A DNA stretch of 64,000 nt, from NCBI GenBank assembly GCA_016234115.1, contig JACRHD010000021.1, positions 26,185-90,184 of the forward strand. Reading direction: 5' to 3'. The notes beneath the pieces were generated by a model that was not told where the DNA came from, made no database searches, and saw only the letters and a list, made by a program, of their open reading frames with translations. Source of the stretch: Nitrospirota bacterium. Lineage in GTDB: Bacteria; Nitrospirota; Thermodesulfovibrionia; UBA6902. Positions 49,043-58,612 of the stretch are shown here, piece by piece (position 1 is the stretch's first letter; each line of letters opens with the position of its first letter). The position numbers and the translations under genes were made by a program.

Positions 49043-49309
49043 TTAGCAAGCGGCTCCAGGGCCTTTCCTAACAGCGTAGGTTTCCATTCCATCATAAACA
49101 AAGATTTGCGAGTTATTTGACCATACTACATATACTCCGTTTCCGTTCACATGTGTTTTAAGATCGTAATTAGCATCATCAATATTAGATGCGAATGGTC
49201 CCGAACTTTCTGAAATTTTCATCTTATTATATGAAGCTGATTGGGAAGTTTCTGATAATACAAGCAATATGAATAACCATATTAACAATGCATGAATTGT
49301 TCTTCTCAT
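49043..49309 (-). CDS. Short secreted hypothetical protein, possibly truncated
   Basis: AAGGAG RBS before ATG 49309, signal peptide, AT-rich. Confidence 0.45.
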   Translation of the reverse strand: MRRTIHALLIWLFILLVLSETSQSASYNKMKISESSGPFASNIDDANYDLKTHVNGNGVYVVWSNNSQIFVYDGMETYAVRKGPGAAC

Positions 49310-49405
49310 ATCTCTCCTTTCAAATAAATTCAACATTAAATTCTCCTTCCTGCGCCGGTGCCAGGACAATTTTCCATCCCCATAGTATTGACGACACGAA
49401 GCCGC

Positions 49406-49483
49406 AGGGGATGAAGGGGACTTTTAAAATAAAAAGCATTCATTAAGAAATCTCCCCTCCCCCTCTTTTCCAAAGAGGGGGAT
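49406..49483. repeat. Dispersed ~80-bp CCCCCTTT-family repeat
   Basis: Near-identical to 53684-53763; partial copies near 8014, 9199, 19899, 20591 and 46965. Confidence 0.85.
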
Positions 49484-49494
49484 AAGCTGCACAC

Positions 49495-50583
49495 TTATTT
49501 GACAACGACTTTTCTGTAAATCCCTGACAACGATGCTGCTACATCCGGGGCAGTGAGACCCTGACTCATGAGTTCAAGACGGCCGTTGGACCGTTGCGAC
49601 GCTTCAAAAACTTTCATTATCCCTTCAGCCAATGAACCTTCATCATACCCGTAAGTCCCGCCGGGATATACCCCTCGCAGACGTTCAGCAACATCTCCGC
49701 ACAGAACAGACACCACAGGTAAATTACAGGCCATCGCCTCCTTCACCACGTTCGGCGAACCCTCATGTAAAGAAGTAACCAGCAGGCAATCGGACGCGCA
49801 CATCATAGTGCGTATTGTTTCTCTGGTAAGTTTGGAGAACTGAAATAATTCAACGCCGGGCATCCGGTCCTCAACCGCCCTGAAAACGGCCTCAGCCAGT
49901 TTTACATTCTTAATATCACTAATGTCCCGGCTGCGGTCTACCCCCGAGTGAAACAGGATAATTTTTGCGTCCCGGCGCCAACCCAGCATAGCACGACAAA
50001 TATCTTTATCCATCGGGATGAAAAAATCGGTATCAACGCCATTCGGCAAAATGTGCGCCCTCCTTTGAAGGTAAGATGGAAGGCGCTGCAGGATATTACT
50101 GCTTTTTACGATGATAACGTCAGCAAAGTGAGCTGCCCATAAACCCATCAGTCTGGCCAGCCATTCACGTATGCGCCAGTTTAAGCCGGGAACCGGCACA
50201 CCAAGTAAATCGCTCCCGCAAAAAGAAACCACAAGAGGGACCTTCCCTTTTATCAGAGAGGCCGCAAGCGCTATTACAGAACCATATTGCGCGTGTATGA
50301 CGTCCGGCTTTATTCCTTTAATTTCCGATCTCATTTTCAGTAAATTCCGCAGCATACCTGAAATTGAGACCGGGGGTCCTACTATGCCGAAATATATTTC
50401 CAGGCCTTTTGTTCTCAAAGACGCAGCCTGTTCGTTGACGAGAACCGAGAAAGGCGCCCGGCTGTCCGATGCCTTGCCACGGGCGATCATATAAATTCTG
50501 TGTCCTGATTCTTCCGGCCTTGCTAAAGTATCTCCTCGAAGGTCTTCAGGTTTTATGTTGTATGATTCAACAGCGGTTTTCAT
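49495..50583 (-). CDS. GT4 glycosyltransferase
   Basis: PD.IHA, GSD, PNGVD, EGSPNVVKEAMAC. Confidence 0.88.
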   Translation of the reverse strand: MKTAVESYNIKPEDLRGDTLARPEESGHRIYMIARGKASDSRAPFSVLVNEQAASLRTKGLEIYFGIVGPPVSISGMLRNLLKMRSEIKGIKPDVIHAQYGSVIALAASLIKGKVPLVVSFCGSDLLGVPVPGLNWRIREWLARLMGLWAAHFADVIIVKSSNILQRLPSYLQRRAHILPNGVDTDFFIPMDKDICRAMLGWRRDAKIILFHSGVDRSRDISDIKNVKLAEAVFRAVEDRMPGVELFQFSKLTRETIRTMMCASDCLLVTSLHEGSPNVVKEAMACNLPVVSVLCGDVAERLRGVYPGGTYGYDEGSLAEGIMKVFEASQRSNGRLELMSQGLTAPDVAASLSGIYRKVVVK

Positions 50584-50609
50584 GTTTGATCATTCGAGGT
50601 AAACTTTTT

Positions 50610-52448
50610 TCAGTTTATATACTCCTGATACCAGAGCTCAAAAATAAGCGTATACCAAAGGAGATGCCCGTAATACCCTCGCCCCGCCTGGAAATCATTC
50701 CATGCCTCGCGTATTCTGTCCTGCTGAAAGTAACCGTGAGCGCCGAACCCCGGATCGGAAAAAACCTCCCCGGCCACTTGTTTGAGATCATCACGCAGCC
50801 ACTCTTCAAAAGGCACGCCGAAGCCTTTTTTGGGCGAGTCCAGGATGCTGTCAGGCACCACTCCCCGCATCGCCTTCTTCATGCCGACTTTCAGTCCCCA
50901 GGGCGTTACCTTAGCAGACCCCGGCAGACTGTAAACGTACTCCACCAGATCACTGTCCAGCATGGGAACACGCGCCTCCAATCCGTGGGCCATGGTCGGT
51001 CTGTCTATCTTTTTCAGGTAGGTATTCTGAAGGAGAAGGTTGAGGTCGGTATAAAGCATATTGTTTACGATACCTCTGCCGCCGGATTCACTAAAATGCG
51101 TTTTGTACTGTTTGAAATGTTCATTTTCGGCTTCTGTGTTGAAAACCGCAGGATCGAGGAACCGATATAGTTCCCTTGTCCCATCGCTGAAAGGCAGCAT
51201 CCACAATGCATACCTGCGATATAGTTCTTTCTCTCCAAGGATTTTCAATATACGCTGATACCTCGGCGAAAAGCCCAGTCCGCCCAGCGGCGGTAAAAAA
51301 GGTCCCAGCTTCGATGCCACGAGATTTCCCCTGTAACGGCGATATCCGCCGAAAACCTCGTCGCCGCCGTCGCCGCACAGGACGACCTTTACATAAGGCC
51401 GGGCCAATTCGGACATAGAGAAGATGCATAAATTGGCGGCGTCCCCGAACGGTTCATCATGGCATCGAATCGTCCGGCCGAGGTTCCTGACCATGCTTTT
51501 ATAATCAATCAGCAATTCATGGTGCGTAGATGCCATTTTGTCTGCAATGGAACGAGCGGTTTTTGATTCATCGTGTCCGCCCGCATCAAAACGGACCGTA
51601 AAGGTGTGAAATTCATTTTGCCCGGACAGACCCGCCAATGAAGCTATGCTGCTGGAGTCTATCCCCCCGCTCAGAAAAAGTCCCACAGGGACGTCGCTGA
51701 CCAGGTGAGACCGGACCGCAGCCGATATCTTTTCTCTCAGCTCGGAATAATCCCATTCGGGCTGCGACTCGGAGATGTCGGCTTCTCTCAATGACCAGTA
51801 CCGGTATTTATTCAGCCTGCCTTTGTCGAACACGAAGACGTGGCCGGGTTCCATTTCATTGATACCCTCAAAGATAGTATGAGGTCCGACGGTGTTGCCG
51901 TTGATGAAGTAATCTGAGACCGACCGGGGACGAATCTCTTTCTTATACAGGCCGCTGCTTAAAATCGCCTTGATTTCACTGGCGAATACAAGCGTCTTTC
52001 CTTTCTGGTAATAGTACAGCGGTTTGATCCCCAGCCTGTCCCGCACCAGGACGGCCCTGCGCTTTTCAATGTCATATATGCAGAAGGCGAACATCCCTTT
52101 GATGTACTGAACACAATCCTCGCCGAATTTCCTGTAAAGCCTTAAGAGCACCTCGGTATCGCTTGACGTCTCAAATGTCTCGTCCGCAAGATAGCCTTGC
52201 CGAAGCTCATTGAAATTATAAATTTCACCGTTATAAGTCATGACCAATTTGCCGTCTTTGCTCTGAAACGGCTGGTTCGCCTTGTCCGAAAGATCCAGTA
52301 TGCTCAGGCGCGTATGGCCGAGACACACATCATCTCCAAAGTATAAGCCGCTTGCATCAGGCCCCCGGTGTGACATGCTTTTCAGCATGTCATCGACTTT
52401 GGCCCGTTTTATATCGGGGCAATTAATAATTCCGATAATTCCGCACAT
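50610..52448 (-). CDS. asnB: Asparagine synthase-like amidotransferase
   Basis: MCGIIG start at 52448, HRGPD, RLSILDL, RDRLGIKPLY, LSGGIDSS, GDGGDE.FGGY. Confidence 0.93.
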   Translation of the reverse strand: MCGIIGIINCPDIKRAKVDDMLKSMSHRGPDASGLYFGDDVCLGHTRLSILDLSDKANQPFQSKDGKLVMTYNGEIYNFNELRQGYLADETFETSSDTEVLLRLYRKFGEDCVQYIKGMFAFCIYDIEKRRAVLVRDRLGIKPLYYYQKGKTLVFASEIKAILSSGLYKKEIRPRSVSDYFINGNTVGPHTIFEGINEMEPGHVFVFDKGRLNKYRYWSLREADISESQPEWDYSELREKISAAVRSHLVSDVPVGLFLSGGIDSSSIASLAGLSGQNEFHTFTVRFDAGGHDESKTARSIADKMASTHHELLIDYKSMVRNLGRTIRCHDEPFGDAANLCIFSMSELARPYVKVVLCGDGGDEVFGGYRRYRGNLVASKLGPFLPPLGGLGFSPRYQRILKILGEKELYRRYALWMLPFSDGTRELYRFLDPAVFNTEAENEHFKQYKTHFSESGGRGIVNNMLYTDLNLLLQNTYLKKIDRPTMAHGLEARVPMLDSDLVEYVYSLPGSAKVTPWGLKVGMKKAMRGVVPDSILDSPKKGFGVPFEEWLRDDLKQVAGEVFSDPGFGAHGYFQQDRIREAWNDFQAGRGYYGHLLWYTLIFELWYQEYIN

Positions 52449-52494
52449 AAAGCATCCTTTCAGATAATACTTGGAAAGAAACGACCGCCATCTA

Positions 52495-53667
52495 TCATAT
52501 GTTTGAAATATTCCTGGCAGACTCCGCGATGAAATCCGCTGATATGCCGGAGAGAATTTTGTCGGTCCCGTACAACAATTTAATATAAATACCCTGTGTG
52601 TCATCCACCATTTTCTGCAACGTGAAGTCTCTCAGGATTCTTTCCCTTCCCCGTTCTCCCATTACGCTGGAATTCTGTGGATCAGCAAGAAGGTGGATTA
52701 CTCTTTCCGCTATCAGCGCCGCATTATCACATGGGCACAGAAAGCCCGTCTCTCCATCGACCACCAGTTCATTGCTGCCGCCGACGTCTGATGCAACTAC
52801 CGGCAGTCCCGCTGCCATGGCTTCCATTACTGCGTTAGGCATCCCCTCATACAATGAAGTCATTACGAATATGTCCGCATCGTGCAACACCTCAGGGATG
52901 TCGTTCCTCTCTCCGGCAAATATCACATTACCACGAATGCCTAAACTTTCGGCATAATTCTCCAGTTCCTCCTGAAGCGGCCCTTTTCCTATTATCAGGA
53001 ATTTTATCTCTTTATCTTCAGATTTCTTCAGGACAATCTTTGCCGCTTCCAGAAACAACCTGTGATTTTTTTGATGGTAGAGTCTTCCGACTGTCACAAT
53101 GATTTTTTGCGCTCTCTTATCGGTGCCTCCAATGCAGTCTTGTTTAAAGAAATTGTCCGCATTGATACCATTATGGACTACCATAATTTTCCTTGAAGCA
53201 AATGAATATTTATTAATTAGAGTCAAAGCCACGCCGCGTGAGTTGCATATAATTCCTTGAGAAAATAAAGCAAGCAACCTATCAATGTAATTTTGATATT
53301 TGCCCATTTCATACTTATTTCGTTCACAGCGTTCGGATGCGATAATAACCGGCACCCTGCAAAGGACTGCGGCAACTCTTCCGTATGAATTGGCAGAGAA
53401 CATAAACGTATGAACGATGTCCGGCTTCACAGATTTCAGGAGCCGGAAAAGTTTCAGAAGCCTGCTGAACTCCCAATTCTTTTTCCTTTGAAGCTCTATC
53501 ACCTGAACATTCAGCTTCTGTATCTCGTCCTTCCATAAACCGCCCTGACTGAGACTGATTACGACCGGATGGAACCTTTCCCTGTCAAGCCCCTTGACAA
53601 GCTCGTATAATTGCCGTTCGGCCCCGCCTTTGCCAAGCTGACCGATGATGTAGCAGACTTTTATCAT
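52495..53667 (-). CDS. GT4 glycosyltransferase
   Basis: GGAERQ, VGRL..QK, EGMPNAVMEAMA. Start moved to 53667 because the extra N-terminus is repeat-encoded. Confidence 0.9.
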   Translation of the reverse strand: MIKVCYIIGQLGKGGAERQLYELVKGLDRERFHPVVISLSQGGLWKDEIQKLNVQVIELQRKKNWEFSRLLKLFRLLKSVKPDIVHTFMFSANSYGRVAAVLCRVPVIIASERCERNKYEMGKYQNYIDRLLALFSQGIICNSRGVALTLINKYSFASRKIMVVHNGINADNFFKQDCIGGTDKRAQKIIVTVGRLYHQKNHRLFLEAAKIVLKKSEDKEIKFLIIGKGPLQEELENYAESLGIRGNVIFAGERNDIPEVLHDADIFVMTSLYEGMPNAVMEAMAAGLPVVASDVGGSNELVVDGETGFLCPCDNAALIAERVIHLLADPQNSSVMGERGRERILRDFTLQKMVDDTQGIYIKLLYGTDKILSGISADFIAESARNISNI

Positions 53668-53683
53668 TTCAGGATATTCACAT

Positions 53684-53763
53684 AAGGGGATGAAGGGGGA
53701 TTTTGAAATAAAAAGCATTCATTAGAAAATCTCCCCTCACCCCTCTTTTCCAAAGAGGGGGAT
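53684..53763. repeat. Dispersed ~80-bp CCCCCTTT-family repeat
   Basis: Copy of 49406-49483. Confidence 0.85.
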
Positions 53764-55005
53764 TTGTCCCACCCCGGTAACTGAGGGGTCACCAGCCAGG
53801 TTAATCCTGTCTTTATTGTTGTTAACAAGCTGAGTATATACCTTCATGTATTGATCCGCGACATTATCACGGTCATATTTGAACAGCTCTTTCCGGCCCT
53901 CTTCGACCAAATGGTCCCTTAATCCGTAATCATCGATCAGCCTGCCGATATTGGAGGCCATCGACCCGACGTCGTCTATTTCCGACAGGAGGGCCGTTTT
54001 ATTGTGGGTGACGACTTCTCTTACTCCCGGGCTGTTAGTTGTCGCAACAGGAATCCCGGCGGCCATGGCCTCTATCAGGACCATGGGAAAGCCTTCAAGC
54101 CTTGTAGGGAAGACGAATATATCAGAGCATTTCAATAACGCAATGAGCTCATGATTGGGGACATTGATCTCGCCCTGTTCGCCGAACAGGTCCGTCATGC
54201 CTATCTCTTCTTTCAGGATAAAATAACCGAACAGCCCCTTTTGATTAATTTCCCCTCTCAGGTTTTCAAGCCCGTTGCCGATCAACAGCCATTTAAAGTC
54301 TATGCGCCTTTGCCTGAGTCGATCGGCGATCTCAGGAATTAAATCATGCCCTTTCTTTATATGATATCTGCCCACGGTAACAAGCAGGGTCCTGTCTTCC
54401 GGTATGCCATATCTGCGTCTGGTCGCGGACCTGTCTACGGGTATTGAAAACCTCTTGAGGTTCACGGTGTTGGGTATCTCAACTATTTTCTCCGGCGGGA
54501 CCTGAAGCTCCGTATAACAATCGTACATGTTCCGTGTCATCGCAATAAGCCTGTCCATTGAGTCCAGGGTCTCCCTGATCCTCTTCTCTTTGGCGGAGTC
54601 AAGCCTGGCCCCATAGTTCAACGCCTGATCTTTCTGAATGTCGTCGCCGTGCGTCCTTAATACAAGAGGCACTATGCCGCTCAGCGCGGACGCGACAAAC
54701 CCGGCGGGATAAGCGCCTATCACCTGCCATAAATCATACTTCTCTCTCTTCTGTATTCCCCTTATTATTTTCCTGATCAAAAAGGGGGCATACATGGAAA
54801 GGCGGGCGGTCTCAATAAAGAAAAGCGGCTCTATCCTGAAAGGGCATTTTTTCATCTTACTCTGCAACTCCTTGTATGAACAATCCGTCAGATAGAGGGT
54901 AACGTCATGACCGGACTCGTGCAGCTTCCCCAGGAGATTAAAGGCAAACACCTGTGCCCCGCCCATTTTGTCCATCGGCGCATATATCATGCAGGCTATC
55001 TTCAT
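53737..55005 (-). CDS. GT4 glycosyltransferase
   Basis: GGAQ, HG.D, VGR...KG, EGFPMVLIEAMA. Confidence 0.88.
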   Translation of the reverse strand: MKIACMIYAPMDKMGGAQVFAFNLLGKLHESGHDVTLYLTDCSYKELQSKMKKCPFRIEPLFFIETARLSMYAPFLIRKIIRGIQKREKYDLWQVIGAYPAGFVASALSGIVPLVLRTHGDDIQKDQALNYGARLDSAKEKRIRETLDSMDRLIAMTRNMYDCYTELQVPPEKIVEIPNTVNLKRFSIPVDRSATRRRYGIPEDRTLLVTVGRYHIKKGHDLIPEIADRLRQRRIDFKWLLIGNGLENLRGEINQKGLFGYFILKEEIGMTDLFGEQGEINVPNHELIALLKCSDIFVFPTRLEGFPMVLIEAMAAGIPVATTNSPGVREVVTHNKTALLSEIDDVGSMASNIGRLIDDYGLRDHLVEEGRKELFKYDRDNVADQYMKVYTQLVNNNKDRINLAGDPSVTGVGQIPLFGKEG

Positions 55006-55056
55006 CCGATTATTAAGGGTCTCATACTAAAAACCAGCATAACAAAGCCTCATAGT

Positions 55057-55181
55057 CGTCATTCCCGAGGTAGTAATCGGGAATCCAAGTCCTTGTAAAA
55101 AGTAGCTTCCCGCATGTCTTTAACGGGAATCCAGTAGTTTTTAGTCTCTGGATGCCCGATAAAGGATTTCGGGCATGACGG
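55057..55181. repeat. REP-like triple hairpin, GTCATTCCCG family
   Basis: Extra hairpin followed by a copy of 22781-22859. Confidence 0.85.
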
Positions 55182-55232
55182 CAAAGGCTGAAAGCTTGTA
55201 AATACTATTTTGAGACTGTTAATAATTGTCCT

Positions 55233-56006
55233 TCAGCTCTGCTTCCTCAGCAGGAACAGCATGCTGGAGAAAATTTTAAGGCGATTAAACTTTCCTGTCG
55301 TCGGCAGTAACGGCCACTCCGAAGGCCCGTAGAAAAGAAGCGGCTGCATTTTTATGATCGAGAAGCCGTTGTTCTGAAATAATCTTGTCCAGGACCCTGG
55401 AACGAAAGACCTGTAGCATTCAAAAAAATCCGCGTACTCTCCGTGAACGCCCGGCAGCAGCCTTCTCATTATCCCGGTCCCTTTTCCGCTGTTTCCGTTG
55501 CCTGCGGCGGGGGCGCCGAAAAGCCTTTCCCTGCAGAAGCCCTTAAACCTGTTGAAATACAGGGCCGGAATGCTGATCAAAAGCCAGATGTTGGTAGGGA
55601 CCGAAAAAGCATAGATGCAATCAGGCGCCCCGATCCTCTTTATTTCCCTGAACGCCGAATCCCTGTCTTCGATGTGTTCAATGACATGGTTGGAAAATAC
55701 GACGTCGAAATGACTGTCCCTGAAAGGGGTATTTGTTATGCTGCACTCATGAAAGTCCAGTCCCTTCATCTCTTTGATATCATCATTTGTGTAAACATCC
55801 GAGGCCGTTACGCTGCCGATCTTGTTGAGATAAGGGATCTGAAACCCGTTTCCGCAGCCGAATTCCAGGACCCTTATATGCTTCTTCCCTTGCGCCGGGT
55901 CGCCGCCGATCAGGTCCGACATGGTCCCGATTATCAGGTCCATCTCCATTTCTCTCTTGCGCCTTCTATGTTTCTTTTCACCTGCTTTTAATTTTGGAAA
56001 TATCAT
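55233..56006 (-). CDS. Class I SAM methyltransferase
   Basis: VLEFGCGNG, PF.D..FD.V.S.HVIEH. Confidence 0.85.
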   Translation of the reverse strand: MIFPKLKAGEKKHRRRKREMEMDLIIGTMSDLIGGDPAQGKKHIRVLEFGCGNGFQIPYLNKIGSVTASDVYTNDDIKEMKGLDFHECSITNTPFRDSHFDVVFSNHVIEHIEDRDSAFREIKRIGAPDCIYAFSVPTNIWLLISIPALYFNRFKGFCRERLFGAPAAGNGNSGKGTGIMRRLLPGVHGEYADFFECYRSFVPGSWTRLFQNNGFSIIKMQPLLFYGPSEWPLLPTTGKFNRLKIFSSMLFLLRKQS

Positions 56007-56018
56007 CTCGTTCTTCCT

Positions 56019-57374
56019 CTATCCCGTCAGCCACAGAGGCCTGTGCCTGACGGCTTTTATTGAATATACGGGTTGGGCATTATAGTGAAAATAACAGGCT
56101 GTGTAAGCTACAATCGCAACAAGATCTCCGGGCGTTTCGAAAAATGAGCTCTGTATAACGAAAATCAAACCGAGGATTATTTCGGGCTTTTTCAATAAAT
56201 ACGCGTCGAAAATAAATAATTTATAGTAATAATAAACATATAATATAAAGAATATAATCCCGAACGAGGCCAGCAACTGAAGATGCTGACCGTCATCAAT
56301 TGTTCCGATTCCTTCCCTTACCGAAGCATCGTTGAACCCCATGCCGGTAAGGGGATGGTCCAGAAAATTCTCCCACGCGTTACGCGCGTTTATCAGCCTC
56401 ACCATATGTTCATATCTTCCCTCGGTAAAGTCCACACCCGCCCGCTTTATCAGCCCGATTTGAATGTCAAATACGCCGTTATTTTCAAGGATATTGCCGA
56501 ACTTGGACAGGGCGAGAGCTGAAATTACAATAATAAATATAAACATCAACACGGACAAAAACATTTTTGTGTTCCTGTCCTTAACGCCGGACCGCCAGAG
56601 GGTATAGACATAAAAACAGACAAATACTATGGCGACCATGAAGGCCGCCCTTGCCGCGTTAATAATTATCAATCCCATGAGCAATAAAATGAGGGTAAAA
56701 TCCCTGATGAGACGGGCCCTGTAATATTTTTTCTCATTGAGCTGTTTAATTACCAATAAGAGGATGGCAAAGGCAAACAGATACGACACCGCGTTGACAT
56801 GAAGCAAATGGTGCGGTTTGACGGCTTCGGTCAATGATGACTGAATTATTGCCCGGCTCACATTATGGTCAAAGGCCATCTCGAAAAAACCTGTATAACC
56901 GAAATAAGTGATAAAACAAATCAGCAGGATACAATACAGGGTGTAATCGATGACCTTATAGAACATCTTGCGGTCTATCCCGAAATTGACCAGCATCAGA
57001 AAGAAAATATACATGCGCGCCTGGCCCCAGAAGAAATTATAATGATGTGGCGCAGTGTCACGGAAAGGCGACAGGAATTCTTCGAACAATACATAAGCCA
57101 GTAATATTAAAAACATTAAAATCAAATGCGGGAACCTGAGCGACTGTTTCCAGAATTTCTGGTGAATGATGTACAGCGCTGGCAAGACCTGCAGATACAA
57201 CCTCGGATAGCTCAGTTCCCCGATTCCCACGTTCAGGATCATGAGGTCCATAATAAACTTGTATAAGCCGACAAGCAGGGCTATTAAAGCAAAGAGCGCG
57301 ATGTTCTGCACAGGGGTAAAGTCCTCTTCCGCCCTGACATTATCCATAAGACTATCTGTGGCCTTCGATAACAT
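56019..57374 (-). CDS. Wzy polymerase / O-antigen ligase-like membrane protein
   Basis: About 11-12 TMs, AR.AF, R......W..F..HPL.G.G. Confidence 0.7.
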   Translation of the reverse strand: MLSKATDSLMDNVRAEEDFTPVQNIALFALIALLVGLYKFIMDLMILNVGIGELSYPRLYLQVLPALYIIHQKFWKQSLRFPHLILMFLILLAYVLFEEFLSPFRDTAPHHYNFFWGQARMYIFFLMLVNFGIDRKMFYKVIDYTLYCILLICFITYFGYTGFFEMAFDHNVSRAIIQSSLTEAVKPHHLLHVNAVSYLFAFAILLLVIKQLNEKKYYRARLIRDFTLILLLMGLIIINAARAAFMVAIVFVCFYVYTLWRSGVKDRNTKMFLSVLMFIFIIVISALALSKFGNILENNGVFDIQIGLIKRAGVDFTEGRYEHMVRLINARNAWENFLDHPLTGMGFNDASVREGIGTIDDGQHLQLLASFGIIFFILYVYYYYKLFIFDAYLLKKPEIILGLIFVIQSSFFETPGDLVAIVAYTACYFHYNAQPVYSIKAVRHRPLWLTG

Positions 57375-58548
57375 CTCTGTATATCTGTTCCAGGCTTGCG
57401 GAGTAGTTCTCTATGCTGAATTGAGCTGCGGTTTTGTGTCCGTTTTCAATGGCCCCGGCGCGCAGCCTGTTGTCATCGAGAAGTTCGGACATCGCTTTTC
57501 GCAGACCTTCCTCATCGCCGTAATCCACCAAAAGGCCGTTATAGCCGTGCTTCACTACTTCAGGTACCCCGCCTACATCTGTTGCCGCTACCGGGGTCCC
57601 GGCAGCCATGGCCTCCAGCAAGACCCTGCCGAATGCCTCAGTCTGTGACGGAAGGACCAGGAGATCGAGACCGGCAATAAAGTCTTTCGCATCAGCCAGG
57701 TAGCCGGTAAAAATAACGCGGTCCCGTATTCCCAGGTTTATAGTTTGCCGGACCAACTCCTCCCTGAGCAGTCCCTCTCCGGCTAAAAAAAGGACTACAT
57801 CCGGCCTGAGCTTTGCGAATTTCGCAAAGGACCGCAGCAGAAAATCATGTCCCTTGCCGCCGGCTAACGACCCCACGCAGCCGATGAGGAAACGCACGCC
57901 GTCGTCTATTTTCCATGCAGCGCGGATATCCACCGGTTTTATCTGTTCCCTGCTGATCGCGTTATGCACAACCTGTATTTTGTCCCCGTCTATCCCCAAT
58001 GCCTCCCAGTACTGTTTTGTGCTGTTTGAGTTCGCGACAAAAGCGGAGACATACCGGTTCGCGAAATCCGCGCTGCGCTGCCCGAAATTGCCGCTGCGCA
58101 TCGAGCGCAAATGACTCACACACGGCACATTCGTTTTTTGGGCAACAAAAAGACCGAACAGGTCGCGCTTTATCTGGTCATTCAGGTGTATCAGATCTAT
58201 CTCTTCTCTGTAAACAATCCGCTCAATAGAATCTAACAGCGGTCTATGCGTAATGCGGAAAAAAGGAATATAAAATACCGGCATGTAATTGCCGATTATC
58301 CCCGTCATTCTGTTTAATATCAGCTCCCCGCAGGTTTCGACCTGGATCTTATATAACCAGTCGTCCAACAGGTAAACCGCGATACCCAGCTCTTTCACCG
58401 GTCCGATATAGCGGTTATTATTCAGATAGACTACGACCGGATTAAATAATTCCCTGTCGATGACCCTCAAATGCTGATAGAGGCTCTCGAACGAACCCCC
58501 TCCCGAGGCGCCGGATTCAATGAACAGGATGTTAATTTTGGGGCTCAT
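57352..58548 (-). CDS. GT4 glycosyltransferase
   Basis: GGS..SL, KGHD, EAFGRVLLEAMA. Confidence 0.88.
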   Translation of the reverse strand: MSPKINILFIESGASGGGSFESLYQHLRVIDRELFNPVVVYLNNNRYIGPVKELGIAVYLLDDWLYKIQVETCGELILNRMTGIIGNYMPVFYIPFFRITHRPLLDSIERIVYREEIDLIHLNDQIKRDLFGLFVAQKTNVPCVSHLRSMRSGNFGQRSADFANRYVSAFVANSNSTKQYWEALGIDGDKIQVVHNAISREQIKPVDIRAAWKIDDGVRFLIGCVGSLAGGKGHDFLLRSFAKFAKLRPDVVLFLAGEGLLREELVRQTINLGIRDRVIFTGYLADAKDFIAGLDLLVLPSQTEAFGRVLLEAMAAGTPVAATDVGGVPEVVKHGYNGLLVDYGDEEGLRKAMSELLDDNRLRAGAIENGHKTAAQFSIENYSASLEQIYRDVIEGHR

Positions 58549-58612
58549 AATGCAAAGACCGTAGTCGCCGGAATCAAAATTGCGTAAGGTATCATGCAGG
58601 GGAGGGAAATAT

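Noticed and set aside
49406-53763. DGR template/variable repeat pair
   Set aside because: The repeats are essentially intergenic, belong to a dispersed family, and no reverse transcriptase is present.
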